DNA from: Candidatus Falkowbacteria bacterium RIFOXYC2_FULL_36_12
GTDB lineage: Bacteria > Patescibacteriota > Patescibacteriia > UBA11705
Reading direction: 5' to 3'
Length of the DNA stretch: 64,000 bases
NCBI GenBank assembly: GCA_001778235.1
Contig: MFGJ01000007.1
Location: 193,476 to 257,475 of the forward strand
Numbering within the stretch: the stretch's first letter is position 1; every line of letters starts with the position of its first letter. The translations under genes and the position numbers were made by a program. The notes beneath the pieces are model-generated. The model was not told where the DNA came from. It was given only the letters and a program-made list of their open reading frames with translations, and searched no databases. Positions 29,001 to 38,821 of the stretch are shown here, piece after piece.

Positions 29001-30275
29001 ATGAACTACCAACAATGTCTTCAATATTTAAACACTTTTAAAAGGTTCGGTGATAAACCGGGTCTTCATAGGATTAGAAAAATATTGTCTAAACTTGGCA
29101 ATCCAGAAAAAAACATTAAATGTGTACAAATAGCTGGTACCAATGGTAAGGGTTCAACCGCAGCCATGAGCGCGTCAATATTGCAATCAGCTGGCTACAA
29201 AGTAGGGCTTTATACCTCGCCGCATTTGTTTCAATATAATGAGAGAATTAAAATAAATAATCAAAATATTTCTAATGCTGATTTTTGCCGACAACTGGGA
29301 GTGATAAAAAAAGTGTTGAAGAAAAATCCAGAAATAAACCCTGCTTTATTTGAGATATTGACTGCAATTGCCTTTTTGCAGTTTAGAGACAAACAAATTG
29401 ATATCGCGGTGCTGGAAGTCGGATTGGGTGGTAGGCTTGATTCAACCAATGTAATAAAAGCAATTGTAGCTGTAATTACCAACATTGACCTTGAGCACAC
29501 GGAAATACTGGGCAAAACAAAAGAAAAAATTGCGACAGAAAAGGCAGGCATTATCAAGTCAAATTCAGTTGTAATAACAGGAGAAACAAATAAAAAACTA
29601 TTAAAAATATTTGGTCAAATTGCGAAAAAAAATAAATCAAAGTTTTCAATTTTCAAGAAAAATGAAATCAGTCTACAAAAATACTCGGCACATGGTCAAA
29701 TATTTAATTTTAAAAAATATAAAAATTTAGAAATTCCCTTAATGGGTCAGCATCAACTCCTGAATAGTTCTTTGGCTGTGATAGTGGCTGAATCTTTACA
29801 AAAAAAAGGTTTTGATAATATTGATGAAAAAAGCATAAGACAAGGATTGAAGAATGTTAGTTGGCCTTTGCGATTAGAAATTGTCCATCAAAACCCCAAA
29901 ATTTTAATTGATGTGGGCCATAATATTCATGGAATAAAAGCAATCAAACAATCAATTGATGAAATTTTTAAAAAATCAAACAAAATTTTAATTTTGGGTT
30001 GTTCATATGACAAACCATATAAGCAAATGGCAAAAACTTTGTCAGAGTTGTCAGATAAAATAATTTTAACAAAAGCAAAGTATCATGGAGAAGAAATCAA
30101 AGAGCTGGAAAAAGTGCTTGATAAATCAGGAAAAACGATTTATCTGACAAACAATGTAACCAAAGCTCTTCAGATTGCAAAAAAAATTGTTAAAAGAAAT
30201 ACCCTAATTATGATTTTGGGGGGATTATATCTGGGAGCTGAAGCCAGACAAAAAATTAAAACTATTTTTAGATAA
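29001..30275 (+). CDS. folC: Folylpolyglutamate synthase/dihydrofolate synthase
   Basis: AGTNGKGST, YTSPHL, LEVGLGGRLDSTN, EKAGIIK, DVGHN. Confidence 0.95.
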   Translation: MNYQQCLQYLNTFKRFGDKPGLHRIRKILSKLGNPEKNIKCVQIAGTNGKGSTAAMSASILQSAGYKVGLYTSPHLFQYNERIKINNQNISNADFCRQLGVIKKVLKKNPEINPALFEILTAIAFLQFRDKQIDIAVLEVGLGGRLDSTNVIKAIVAVITNIDLEHTEILGKTKEKIATEKAGIIKSNSVVITGETNKKLLKIFGQIAKKNKSKFSIFKKNEISLQKYSAHGQIFNFKKYKNLEIPLMGQHQLLNSSLAVIVAESLQKKGFDNIDEKSIRQGLKNVSWPLRLEIVHQNPKILIDVGHNIHGIKAIKQSIDEIFKKSNKILILGCSYDKPYKQMAKTLSELSDKIILTKAKYHGEEIKELEKVLDKSGKTIYLTNNVTKALQIAKKIVKRNTLIMILGGLYLGAEARQKIKTIFR

Positions 30276-30413
30276 AAAAATAAGTGGTTAAAAATTGATT
30301 GACTCAATTTGTCGACAAGGCTATGCCAACGACTTTGCCAATAAACTCCGGTCATGAGACTTCCCTTCCTGCTTGATCTTATTAGGAGGATTTTTATTTT
30401 AATTATGCCTCAA

Positions 30414-31694
30414 TTACAATTTTTCTCCATCAAGTATCCACATTTTCGGTGAAGTTATATTGACTTTAATAATTTGTCCGGACAAATCTTCGGAAGAGGT
30501 GAATCTGGTCCTTTTCATCTCACGACTGTTGCCTTCACAGTAGCCAGCCTGATATTTGTCAACTAAAACTTCTACAACTTGATTTAAATATTTTTGATTG
30601 ATCGCCAGGGTGAGTTCTTCCATCCGAGTTTGGATCATTTGCCAACGATGTTTTTTGGTTGCTTTGGGAACATCATCGACTAATTCAGAGGCTTTAGTCC
30701 CCAGTCGAGGAGAATATTGGGCGGTGTAACAAATATCAAAATTGATTTTTTGGTAGAAATCATAAGTTTTTTGGAAATCATCTTCTGTTTCCCCAGGAAA
30801 ACCAACAATAATGTCTGTACCAACGGCAATACTTGGCCTCGACATTCTAATCATGGCAATTATTTTTTCATAATCTTCCGAAGTATATTTTCGGTTCATT
30901 TTTTGTAAAATTGTATCAGAGCCTGACTGCAGTGCCAGATGAATAAAGTTTAACATTTTTGGCAAAGCTAAAGCCTGAACAACTTCCTGTGTCATATCTT
31001 TTGGATGAGCAGAAACAAAACTGATACGATCTAAACCACTAAGTTGATTTATCTGCCAAAGAAGACGAGCAAAATTATGTTCAAATGGATTATTTTTGGA
31101 AAAATTTTCAGCATCTTTGGGATCGTATGAATTGACATTTTGACCAAGGAGAATGATCTCTTTGCAACCATTTTTCGCTAAATTGCTTATTTCTTCCATG
31201 ACGGCAGAAACTGATCGGCTGTCTTCCCTACCTCGGACATAGGGAACAGCGCAATAAGAACAAAAATTATTACAGCCAGTCATGATTGGGACATAAGCTT
31301 GAAATTTGGAACTATATTTAGGTAAAACATCTAGATAGTTATCACCGACCATGTCTCTGGAATGTAAATAATTTTCCAATTCACATAAATTTTTTATATC
31401 AAAAACAAAATCAAATCTGGTAGAAAATTTCTCTTTATCTTTGGCTAGTAAACAACCTGTCAAAATAAATGTGATTTTTTTCTTTTCTCTGATCAATCTA
31501 AATTTTTTCAAATCACCCCAAATCCGATCAATGGCTGACTGACGGACCGAACAGGCATTGACTATGAGCAAAGAGGCTTGGTCAACAGCTTCAACTGACT
31601 CATAACCAAGATGATGTAAAACAGCTGAAACTCGTTCAGAATCCGACTTATTCATCTGACAACCAAAAGTAATTAGTTTATAGGTTTTATCCAT
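30414..31694 (-). CDS. miaB: tRNA methylthiotransferase MiaB
   Basis: TFGCQMN, NACSVR, GCNNFCSYC, DIIVGFPGET, C-terminal TRAM domain. Confidence 0.94.
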   Translation of the reverse strand: MDKTYKLITFGCQMNKSDSERVSAVLHHLGYESVEAVDQASLLIVNACSVRQSAIDRIWGDLKKFRLIREKKKITFILTGCLLAKDKEKFSTRFDFVFDIKNLCELENYLHSRDMVGDNYLDVLPKYSSKFQAYVPIMTGCNNFCSYCAVPYVRGREDSRSVSAVMEEISNLAKNGCKEIILLGQNVNSYDPKDAENFSKNNPFEHNFARLLWQINQLSGLDRISFVSAHPKDMTQEVVQALALPKMLNFIHLALQSGSDTILQKMNRKYTSEDYEKIIAMIRMSRPSIAVGTDIIVGFPGETEDDFQKTYDFYQKINFDICYTAQYSPRLGTKASELVDDVPKATKKHRWQMIQTRMEELTLAINQKYLNQVVEVLVDKYQAGYCEGNSREMKRTRFTSSEDLSGQIIKVNITSPKMWILDGEKL

Positions 31695-31817
31695 AGAATT
31701 AATCAAAAATTAACACAATTTTGACAATTTGGCAATACAGCTGAAACAGCCACTGACTTTCAACACTTTTGTAATGAATAAATATGTGATAAAATATAAT
31801 TAAATAGCTACCAAAAT

Positions 31818-32216
31818 ATGTTAGTATCTTTTTATCGTTTTATAGAAAACATAAAAACTAGCCCAGCCAGAAGGGATAAGATTATTGTAATTTCCAACAT
31901 ACTAGCTCTGATTATCAATTTGATAATCTGGGGGTTTTTGTATTGGAGTTTACGGGGAATAATCGGTGACAATCCTGAATCCTCTACCATTCCACTTCAT
32001 TACAATGTTTTTTTTGGGGTAGATAAATTCGGAAAATGGTATCAAGCATTCATTCTACCGCTACTTGGCCTGATAATTCTTTTGGTTAATTTTGTATTAG
32101 CGCAAATTTATTTTAGTAAAAAATCTTTACTAAGTTATTTCTTGACAATTTCTTGTGTTTTTATTCAAATTATTTTATTAGTATCCAGTTTTTTAATTAT
32201 ATTAATAAATTTATAA
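31818..32216 (+). CDS. Three-TM membrane protein
   Basis: IPLHYNVFFGVD loop between hydrophobic helices; upstream of mraY. Confidence 0.8.
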   Translation: MLVSFYRFIENIKTSPARRDKIIVISNILALIINLIIWGFLYWSLRGIIGDNPESSTIPLHYNVFFGVDKFGKWYQAFILPLLGLIILLVNFVLAQIYFSKKSLLSYFLTISCVFIQIILLVSSFLIILINL

Positions 32217-32228
32217 TTATATTTTTTT

Positions 32229-33278
32229 ATGGAAACAGCAATTGTTTTTAAGCTTGGGATCCTAACTTCTATTTCTTTTTTGGTTGCCATGTGGGGGACT
32301 CCGATCCTGACTCATTTTTTATACAAATTCAAACTTGGCAAACAGATTAGAAGTGCAAATTCAGCTCCAATTTTTGCTAAGTTTCACAAAGGAAAAGAAG
32401 GTACACCAACTATGGGGGGAATATTGATCTGGGGAACAACTGCTTTCTTGACCATACTTTTCTACATCCTATCCCAAGCTTTTTCCTCTGATTTTTTTCA
32501 CAACCTTGATTTCTTGTCTCGAGAACAAACACTCTTACCACTTGGGGTCTTGCTACTCGCAGCTATAATTGGCATGATTGATGATATTTTGGGAATAAAA
32601 AAAATTGGTCCAAAGGGCGGTGGTATGAGTATTCTTTTTCGTCTAGGTCTGTATGCTGTGGTGGCAACAATTGCGGCCTTGTGGTTTTTCTTCAAATTGG
32701 ACTGGGATGTTTTCCATGTTCCTTTTCTTGGCAATTTCATGTTGGGTTGGTGGTACATACCTCTGTTTATTTTTGTGGTTGTTGGGACGGCTTTTTCAAT
32801 CAATGAAACTGATGGGCTCGATGGATTGGCTGGGGGCATTTTAATGATTGCTTTTGCTGCCATGGGAGCGATTTCTTTCACCCAGGGCAGATTTGATCTT
32901 GCAGCTTTTTGTGCAGTAATAATCGGAGCTTTGCTGGCATTTCTCTGGTTCAATATTAATCCAGCAAAATTTTTTATGGGGGATACTGGCGCCATGAGTT
33001 TGGGTGTAACTCTTGGAGTAATTGCCATGTATACCAATACTGCTATTTTATTAATTTTAATTTTATTAATCCCTGTAATAGAAACTTTTTCCGTTATAAT
33101 TCAGGTTTTATCAAAAAAAATTCGCAAGAAAAAAGTATTTCAGTCCGCACCGGTACACCATCACTTTCAAGCGCTTGGTTGGGCAGAAAGCCAGATTGTA
33201 ATGAGATTTTGGTTGATTGCAATTGTAGCTGGCGTGCTTGGTGTAATTTTATTTCTACTCGATAAAGGTTGGTACTAA
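32229..33278 (+). CDS. mraY: Phospho-N-acetylmuramoyl-pentapeptide transferase
   Basis: GTPTMGG, GMIDD, NETDGLDGL, FMGDTG, APVHHHF. Confidence 0.96.
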   Translation: METAIVFKLGILTSISFLVAMWGTPILTHFLYKFKLGKQIRSANSAPIFAKFHKGKEGTPTMGGILIWGTTAFLTILFYILSQAFSSDFFHNLDFLSREQTLLPLGVLLLAAIIGMIDDILGIKKIGPKGGGMSILFRLGLYAVVATIAALWFFFKLDWDVFHVPFLGNFMLGWWYIPLFIFVVVGTAFSINETDGLDGLAGGILMIAFAAMGAISFTQGRFDLAAFCAVIIGALLAFLWFNINPAKFFMGDTGAMSLGVTLGVIAMYTNTAILLILILLIPVIETFSVIIQVLSKKIRKKKVFQSAPVHHHFQALGWAESQIVMRFWLIAIVAGVLGVILFLLDKGWY

Positions 33279-33283
33279 AATTG

Positions 33284-33370
33284 CGAGAACAGCAAGTACA
33301 GCAAGTAAAGCGAGAACAGCCCGCCTACGCTAAAGCTATGGCGGGTAAACGAGAACAGCAAGTAAGGCAA
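33284..33370. repeat. 9-mer GCRAGWAMA array with inserted REP-like palindrome
   Basis: Contains the 44-nt copy identical to 2570-2613. Confidence 0.85.
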
Positions 33371-33403
33371 ATAAATTTGAAAATAAATTAATATTAATAA
33401 CTT

Positions 33404-33655
33404 ATGACTAGAAACCTTCTTTTAGATATAGTAGCGTTTGTTCTTGGTTTGTTTGCTTTAGTATATGGTTTGAAATTAACTACTAAAAAATATTTTGAGT
33501 CCGAGGTAAGAAATAATACAAAAATTCGAAATTATAGAAAGTACTTTTTTGGTGAAAAATTTTTTGATAAATACGGTCGACTTGCTTTGCCCTTGATACT
33601 TATTATTTCGGGTGTAATCATTATTTATTCTGTTGTAAAAAATTATTTGAGTTAA
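33404..33655 (+). CDS. Small two-TM hypothetical protein
   Basis: 83-aa ORF co-oriented between mraY and murD. Confidence 0.65.
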   Translation: MTRNLLLDIVAFVLGLFALVYGLKLTTKKYFESEVRNNTKIRNYRKYFFGEKFFDKYGRLALPLILIISGVIIIYSVVKNYLS

Positions 33656-33666
33656 AAAATAATTTT

Positions 33667-34992
33667 ATGAATTCATTTCCAAATTACAAAAATAAAAATA
33701 TTTTAATTCTTGGTCTTGGTCTGCTAGGTAGAGGGATCAAGGATACTATTTTTTTTGTAAAAAAAGGTGCGAATGTGACAGTGACTGACTTGAAAACAAA
33801 AGAACAACTCTCCACTGCTCTAAAGCAATTGAAACAATATAAAAACATCAAATTTGTTCTTGGAAAACACAGACATGAAGATATCGATAAAGCTGATCTG
33901 ATAATTCGTAATGCGGATGTGCCACTGAATTCAGAATTTCTTCAATATGCATTTAAAAAGAAAAAACTGGTTGAGATGGACGAATCAATGTTTGCGGAAT
34001 TTTGTCCTTGTCCAATAATTGGCATTACAGGAACTCGAGGTAAAACAACAACTGCGACCTTGATCTATGAATTTTTGAAAAAAACTGATAAAAAAGTTTA
34101 TCTAGCTGGGAATATAATGGGTCAAGCAACTTTGCCGCTTATGGATAAGGTAAAGAAAAATGATCTGGTGGTTTTGGAATTATCTAGCTGGCAACTTCAG
34201 GGCTTTGGATGGAAAAAAATCAGTCCGCAGGTTGCGGTTTTTACGAATATTTACCCTGATCATCTAAACCGCTACAAAGGAATGAGAGATTACATTGCTG
34301 ACAAACGAAATATTTACAAATGGCAACATAAAAATGATTATTTTATTGCGAATTCACGCGATAAAGTAACTAGCTCTGCGGTCAAATCGGCTAGAGCGAA
34401 AATCAAAATGTTCTCCAGCAGTCAGGTACCGAAATCTTGGGAGATAAAACTTTTCGGCGAGCATAATTTGGAAAATATTTCGGCAGCAATACAGGTAGCA
34501 AAGATTTTCAAAGTAAAAGACAAAGATATCCGAACTGTTTTGGCAAGATTTAAAGGAGTTGAACATCGATTGGAATTTGTAAAAAAAGTAAGTGGGATTG
34601 ATTTTATCAATGATACTACCAGTACAACGCCAATTGCAGGACAAATGGCGCTAGCCAGTTTGAACAAACCCATAATATTGATTGCTGGCGGAGCGACAAA
34701 ACAACTTGAATTAAAAAATTTTTCCAAAGATATTGCCCAAAAAGTAAAAGCCGTTGTTTTACTCAAAGGAACTGCGACCGATGAGCTGAAGAATGGGATT
34801 GTAAAATACAAAGGTGAAGATAAAATTCTTGGGGAATTTGATAATTTTGAGGAGGCAGTAAAAACTGCTTTTAAATACGCGGAAAAAGGTGATGTTGTTC
34901 TTCTCTCTCCGGGGTGTGCTAGTTTTGGTATGTTTACCAATGAATTTGATCGAGGGGAACAGTTTAAAAAAATTGTTAAGGATTTGAGATAA
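33667..34992 (+). CDS. murD: UDP-N-acetylmuramoyl-L-alanine:D-glutamate ligase
   Basis: GITGTRGKTT, LELSSWQL, DHLNRY, HRLE, LSPGCASF. Confidence 0.95.
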   Translation: MNSFPNYKNKNILILGLGLLGRGIKDTIFFVKKGANVTVTDLKTKEQLSTALKQLKQYKNIKFVLGKHRHEDIDKADLIIRNADVPLNSEFLQYAFKKKKLVEMDESMFAEFCPCPIIGITGTRGKTTTATLIYEFLKKTDKKVYLAGNIMGQATLPLMDKVKKNDLVVLELSSWQLQGFGWKKISPQVAVFTNIYPDHLNRYKGMRDYIADKRNIYKWQHKNDYFIANSRDKVTSSAVKSARAKIKMFSSSQVPKSWEIKLFGEHNLENISAAIQVAKIFKVKDKDIRTVLARFKGVEHRLEFVKKVSGIDFINDTTSTTPIAGQMALASLNKPIILIAGGATKQLELKNFSKDIAQKVKAVVLLKGTATDELKNGIVKYKGEDKILGEFDNFEEAVKTAFKYAEKGDVVLLSPGCASFGMFTNEFDRGEQFKKIVKDLR

Positions 34993-34995
34993 TGA

Positions 34996-35470
34996 TGCAA
35001 ATTTACGAATACTACAAATATTACAAATGCACATAAAGAGACATGAAAGATAAAGTTTTATATAAGGATTTAAGCTATATAGTAGGTGGCATTTTGTTCC
35101 AAGTATATAATTATCATGGTTTCGGACTTAGAGAAAAAATATATTGCCAATATATAAATAAGCTTTTAAGAGAGAATAAAATTAACTTTCAAGAACAATT
35201 TACAATTCCAGTAAAATACTATAATAGACATGAAGTAAAAAGATACGCTGATTTTCTGATTGATGATCAAATTATTTTAGAGTTAAAAACGGGAAAAAGA
35301 TTGTTTGGTAAAGATTTTGATCAAACTTTTGAATACTTAAAATTAACAAATAAAAAACTGGGGCTACTCGTGTTATTCTCACCAGAAAAAGTAATAATCC
35401 ATAGAGTCCTAAATAACCAGTAAACACCAGTCGTAGTATTTGTAATATTTGTAGTATTCGTAAATTTGTA
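34996..35470 (+). mobile_element. Inverted-repeat-flanked GxxExxY cassette 1 (putatively mobile)
   Basis: 35-nt arms at 34996-35030 and 35436-35470 are reverse complements; the only 2 mismatches are G-U compatible. Confidence 0.65.
35043..35423 (+). CDS. GxxExxY protein (PD-(D/E)XK nuclease-like fold)
   Basis: GLREKIY motif; ADFLIDDQIILELK; Q..EYLK; GLLVLF. Confidence 0.92.
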   Translation: MKDKVLYKDLSYIVGGILFQVYNYHGFGLREKIYCQYINKLLRENKINFQEQFTIPVKYYNRHEVKRYADFLIDDQIILELKTGKRLFGKDFDQTFEYLKLTNKKLGLLVLFSPEKVIIHRVLNNQ

Positions 35471-35477
35471 ACCAAAG

Positions 35478-36623
35478 ATGAGATTAAAAAAAATAAGCAA
35501 AAGAACAACAGCTAAACAGGAAGAAGGTCACAAACCAGATATTATCTTGATTGCATCATTTGCAATCTTGCTTTTATTTGGACTCATAATGTTGACCTCG
35601 GCCAGTTCTTCAATTGGCTATGAAAAATTTGGAGATAGTTATTACTTCATAAAACATCAATTAATTTCAGGTTTACTGCCAGGAATAATTTTATTCTTTA
35701 TTTTTTCTAAAATATACTATAAACATTTACAAAAAATTGCTAATATTTTGCTCTTTGTCTCTATTTTGCTACTAATCAGTGTATTTATTCCAGGAATAGG
35801 AGCTGAATACGGTACAGCCAAGAGTTGGGTATCGGTTTTTGGACTTTCATTCCAACCAGCTGAATTTGTCAAACTAACCTTCCTACTCTACCTAGCAAAT
35901 TGGTTGTCGAAACGAGGTGAGACTGGAATTCGTGATTTTTATTTTGGGTTAATGCCGTTTTTCTTCTTGATTGGGGTAGTTTCACTGCTTATGGTACTTC
36001 AACCTGACCTCGGTACCTTGGCAATTATTATTTTCATGTGCATGGCAGTTTTCTTTGCTTCAGGAGCTAGATTGAAACATGTAATGGGTTTAATTGCTTT
36101 CGGCACTACTGGGATTTTACTTTTGATTAAAGTATCGCCTTATCGGGCGGCTAGATTGACAACTTTTCTTCATCCAGAATTGGACCCACTGGGAATCGGC
36201 TATCATATTAACCAAGCTTTCTTGGCAATAGGATCAGGGAAATTCTGGGGGCGAGGATTTGGCTATTCAAGACAGAAGTTTCAATATCTGCCTGAAGTTT
36301 CAGGTGATTCAATCTTTGCAGTGATTGCAGAAGAGCTGGGTTTTTTTATTAGCGCTTTATTTGTATTTTTGTTTGTATTTCTAATGATTCGCGGATTCAA
36401 AGTGGCGCAAAGAACTCCTGATAAATTTGGGCAGTTGGTTGCAACGGGTATTATTGCTTGGTTTATTTTTCAAGCCTTTTTCAATATCAGTTCAATGGTT
36501 GGTCTGATGCCAATGACTGGTGTTCCCCTTCCATTTGTCAGTGCAGGTGGAACTGCTCTGGCTGTGGGTATGGCGGCTATGGGAATTCTAGTAAATATTT
36601 CTAAACATACAAAGAATTCATAA
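35478..36623 (+). CDS. ftsW: Cell division peptidoglycan glycosyltransferase FtsW
   Basis: FQPAEFVK, QPDLGT, SRQKFQYLPE, GVPLPFVSAGG; follows mraY-murD. Confidence 0.93.
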   Translation: MRLKKISKRTTAKQEEGHKPDIILIASFAILLLFGLIMLTSASSSIGYEKFGDSYYFIKHQLISGLLPGIILFFIFSKIYYKHLQKIANILLFVSILLLISVFIPGIGAEYGTAKSWVSVFGLSFQPAEFVKLTFLLYLANWLSKRGETGIRDFYFGLMPFFFLIGVVSLLMVLQPDLGTLAIIIFMCMAVFFASGARLKHVMGLIAFGTTGILLLIKVSPYRAARLTTFLHPELDPLGIGYHINQAFLAIGSGKFWGRGFGYSRQKFQYLPEVSGDSIFAVIAEELGFFISALFVFLFVFLMIRGFKVAQRTPDKFGQLVATGIIAWFIFQAFFNISSMVGLMPMTGVPLPFVSAGGTALAVGMAAMGILVNISKHTKNS

Positions 36624-36647
36624 TCTCATGTTTGTCATTCTAATTTT

Positions 36648-36806
36648 ATACTGAAACAGTTTGACCGCGAACTACAAACAAGTTTAGGTGCATGGGAAGA
36701 AAGCTCAATGTAGGCGAAGTTCAGAGTGAGAAGTGAGAGGTGTTTGATTATACCCTGAAATCCATCTTCGTTAAAACTTCGATGGACAAGCAAGTTCAGG
36801 GTGACA
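36648..36806. repeat. Nested REP-like palindromes (CCTGAA...TTCAGG family)
   Basis: CCCTGAAATCCATCTTCGTTAAAACTTCGATGGACAAGCAAGTTCAGGGTGAC, nearly identical to the copy at about 63824-63876. Confidence 0.8.
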
Positions 36807-36853
36807 ATAGGAGAGAAACAAAAAAGAAACCAAGTTTTAGTTTCTAATATAAT

Positions 36854-37177
36854 TTATTTTGAGGAAGTTATTTCCTTATTTTTTCTGGGGAAAAAATGTT
36901 TAACTATCTGTGCTAGTCCGGAACCTACTAATGCTGAAATTATAAATATTGCGAGAAACATCAAAACACCAAATTTCTCATCAATAAAATTGACAGCTTC
37001 TGCTAAATCAAGACCTAATAAATTCATAAAGAAATAGAGTGGAAGAACCACTACTACAATTACTGTCATTTGCAATAAAAATTCTAACCACTCATTCTTT
37101 ATTTTAATATAATAATCAGTAAGATTCTCCATGAAGAAGTAAATGACTATCATTAAAATTAAAGCAACAAGTTCCAT
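36854..37177 (-). CDS. Orphan three-TM protein, SD-led
   Basis: CCAACAGACAGGAGGGA before ATG 37177; TTGACA promoter near 37270. Confidence 0.7.
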   Translation of the reverse strand: MELVALILMIVIYFFMENLTDYYIKIKNEWLEFLLQMTVIVVVVLPLYFFMNLLGLDLAEAVNFIDEKFGVLMFLAIFIISALVGSGLAQIVKHFFPRKNKEITSSK

Positions 37178-37274
37178 CTCTTCCCTCCTGTCTGTTGGCG
37201 TGGGAAAAAGCATTAAAATATAAAGTACAAACTGACAATTTATATTAACATAATTGTATTTTTTTGTCAACATC

Positions 37275-37333
37275 AAACCGCCCTCATCTTAGATCCTGAA
37301 CTAAATTCAGGATGACAAGATGAGGGCGGTTTT
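37275..37333. terminator. Terminator hairpin after iscS with a REP-like palindrome in its loop
   Basis: AAACCGCCCTCATCTT-[AGATCCTGAACTAAATTCAGGATGAC]-AAGATGAGGGCGGTTT. Confidence 0.75.
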
Positions 37334-37344
37334 AAATATTATTT

Positions 37345-38538
37345 TTATTGCTTCAAGGCTGGAGCCATTTGGCGAAGTTTTTCAACAATTTGTTTGAGCG
37401 AAGTAACAAAAGTACTGACTTCCTGCTCTGAATTAAATCTGCCAAGTGACACTCGAATTGATCCATGAGTCCATTCAACTGGAATCCCCATAGCGGTCAA
37501 AACATAAGATGGTTCCAACGCACCTGAAGAGCAGGCAGAACCGGTAGAAATGGCAATGCCCTCCATGTCTAGCATCATAAGTATGCTCTCCCCTTCTGCT
37601 CCATAAAAACTGATATTTAATAAATTTGGGAGTTGCTTGTCTGGATTACCATTAAATCTAATATCTTTGACATCTTTTAATTCATGAATAATTTTTTCTT
37701 TTATTTTTTTGACTTTGGAAATTGTTTTTTCTTTTTCTGAATCAAGTATTTCAATTGCTTTGCCAAGACCGACAATACCAGGAACATTGGAAGTACCTGG
37801 TCGCAAATTAAATTCATGACTACCACCCTGCATTAATGGTTCAAGGCTAACGCCTTTTCTTATAAACAAAACACCAATACCCATTGGAGCATAAATCTTA
37901 TGACCAGAAAATGAGAGGAGATCACATTTTATTTTGGCAACATTTATCTCTAAATAATTCAAAGCTTGGACTGCATCAGTATGAAAAAAAATTGGGAGTT
38001 CTTTATTCTGTCGTTTTATTTTTTCTTTGGCAATGATTTCTCCGATTTCTTCAACAGGTTGGATTGAGCCGACTTCATTGTTGGCAGACATAATTGAAAC
38101 TAAAACAGTATTGGCTTTTATTTCCTTGCGTAATTGTTCCAGTTTTATAATGCCGTCATGATCAACTTCAATAAAACTAACTTCATGACCAAGTTTTTCA
38201 ATTTTTTTAAAAACCTGAAGAACAGATGGGTGCTCAATTTTTGAAGTAATAAAATGCAATTTTTTCTTTTTTATTTTGAATTTATTAAAAATTCCCCAAA
38301 TAGCTAAATTATTACTTTCAGTAGCGCATGAAGTAAAAACTATTTCCTGTGGATCATTGGCTCCAAGAAAACCAGAAATTTTTTCTCTGGCGCTTTCGAT
38401 TGCAGTTGAAGTTTCCTGACCAAAAGAATGAATTGACGACGGATTGCCATATTCATCAGAAAAAAATGGTAGCATCGCATCCACCACCCTGGAGTCAACC
38501 TTGGTTGTGGCTGCATTGTCAAAATATATTCGAGGCAT
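37345..38538 (-). CDS. iscS: Cysteine desulfurase (IscS/NifS)
   Basis: YFDNAATT, GNPSS, HTDAVQ, SGHK, STGSACSS. Confidence 0.95.
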   Translation of the reverse strand: MPRIYFDNAATTKVDSRVVDAMLPFFSDEYGNPSSIHSFGQETSTAIESAREKISGFLGANDPQEIVFTSCATESNNLAIWGIFNKFKIKKKKLHFITSKIEHPSVLQVFKKIEKLGHEVSFIEVDHDGIIKLEQLRKEIKANTVLVSIMSANNEVGSIQPVEEIGEIIAKEKIKRQNKELPIFFHTDAVQALNYLEINVAKIKCDLLSFSGHKIYAPMGIGVLFIRKGVSLEPLMQGGSHEFNLRPGTSNVPGIVGLGKAIEILDSEKEKTISKVKKIKEKIIHELKDVKDIRFNGNPDKQLPNLLNISFYGAEGESILMMLDMEGIAISTGSACSSGALEPSYVLTAMGIPVEWTHGSIRVSLGRFNSEQEVSTFVTSLKQIVEKLRQMAPALKQ

Positions 38539-38572
38539 ATTATTATTGAAGACTTAAGATTAAGGTTGGAAG

Positions 38573-38806
38573 TTATTCCTGTACGCTCACAACTTGTTTG
38601 ATTTCCGGAATTTTTTCAAGCAATCTTGCTTCAATGCCAGACTTCAATGTCAATTCTGACATTGGACAATGAGCACAATGCCCGGTTAATTTTACCTTAA
38701 CAATGCCTGATTTTTCATCAAGATCAACAAATTCAACATCGCCACCATCCATTTGAAGCATGGGACGAACCTCTTCTAATATTTTTTCTACTTTTTCTTT
38801 TAACAT
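38573..38806 (-). CDS. NifU C-terminal/Nfu Fe-S carrier protein
   Basis: VRPMLQMDGGDVE, GHCAHCPMS. Confidence 0.93.
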   Translation of the reverse strand: MLKEKVEKILEEVRPMLQMDGGDVEFVDLDEKSGIVKVKLTGHCAHCPMSELTLKSGIEARLLEKIPEIKQVVSVQE

Positions 38807-38821
38807 ACTTTGTTAATATTA

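Noticed and set aside
32498-35000. Long antisense ORFs over mraY and murD (179 and 192 aa)
   Set aside because: Shadow frames of conserved genes with no motifs or start signals; the same applies to the short ORFs inside the giant gene
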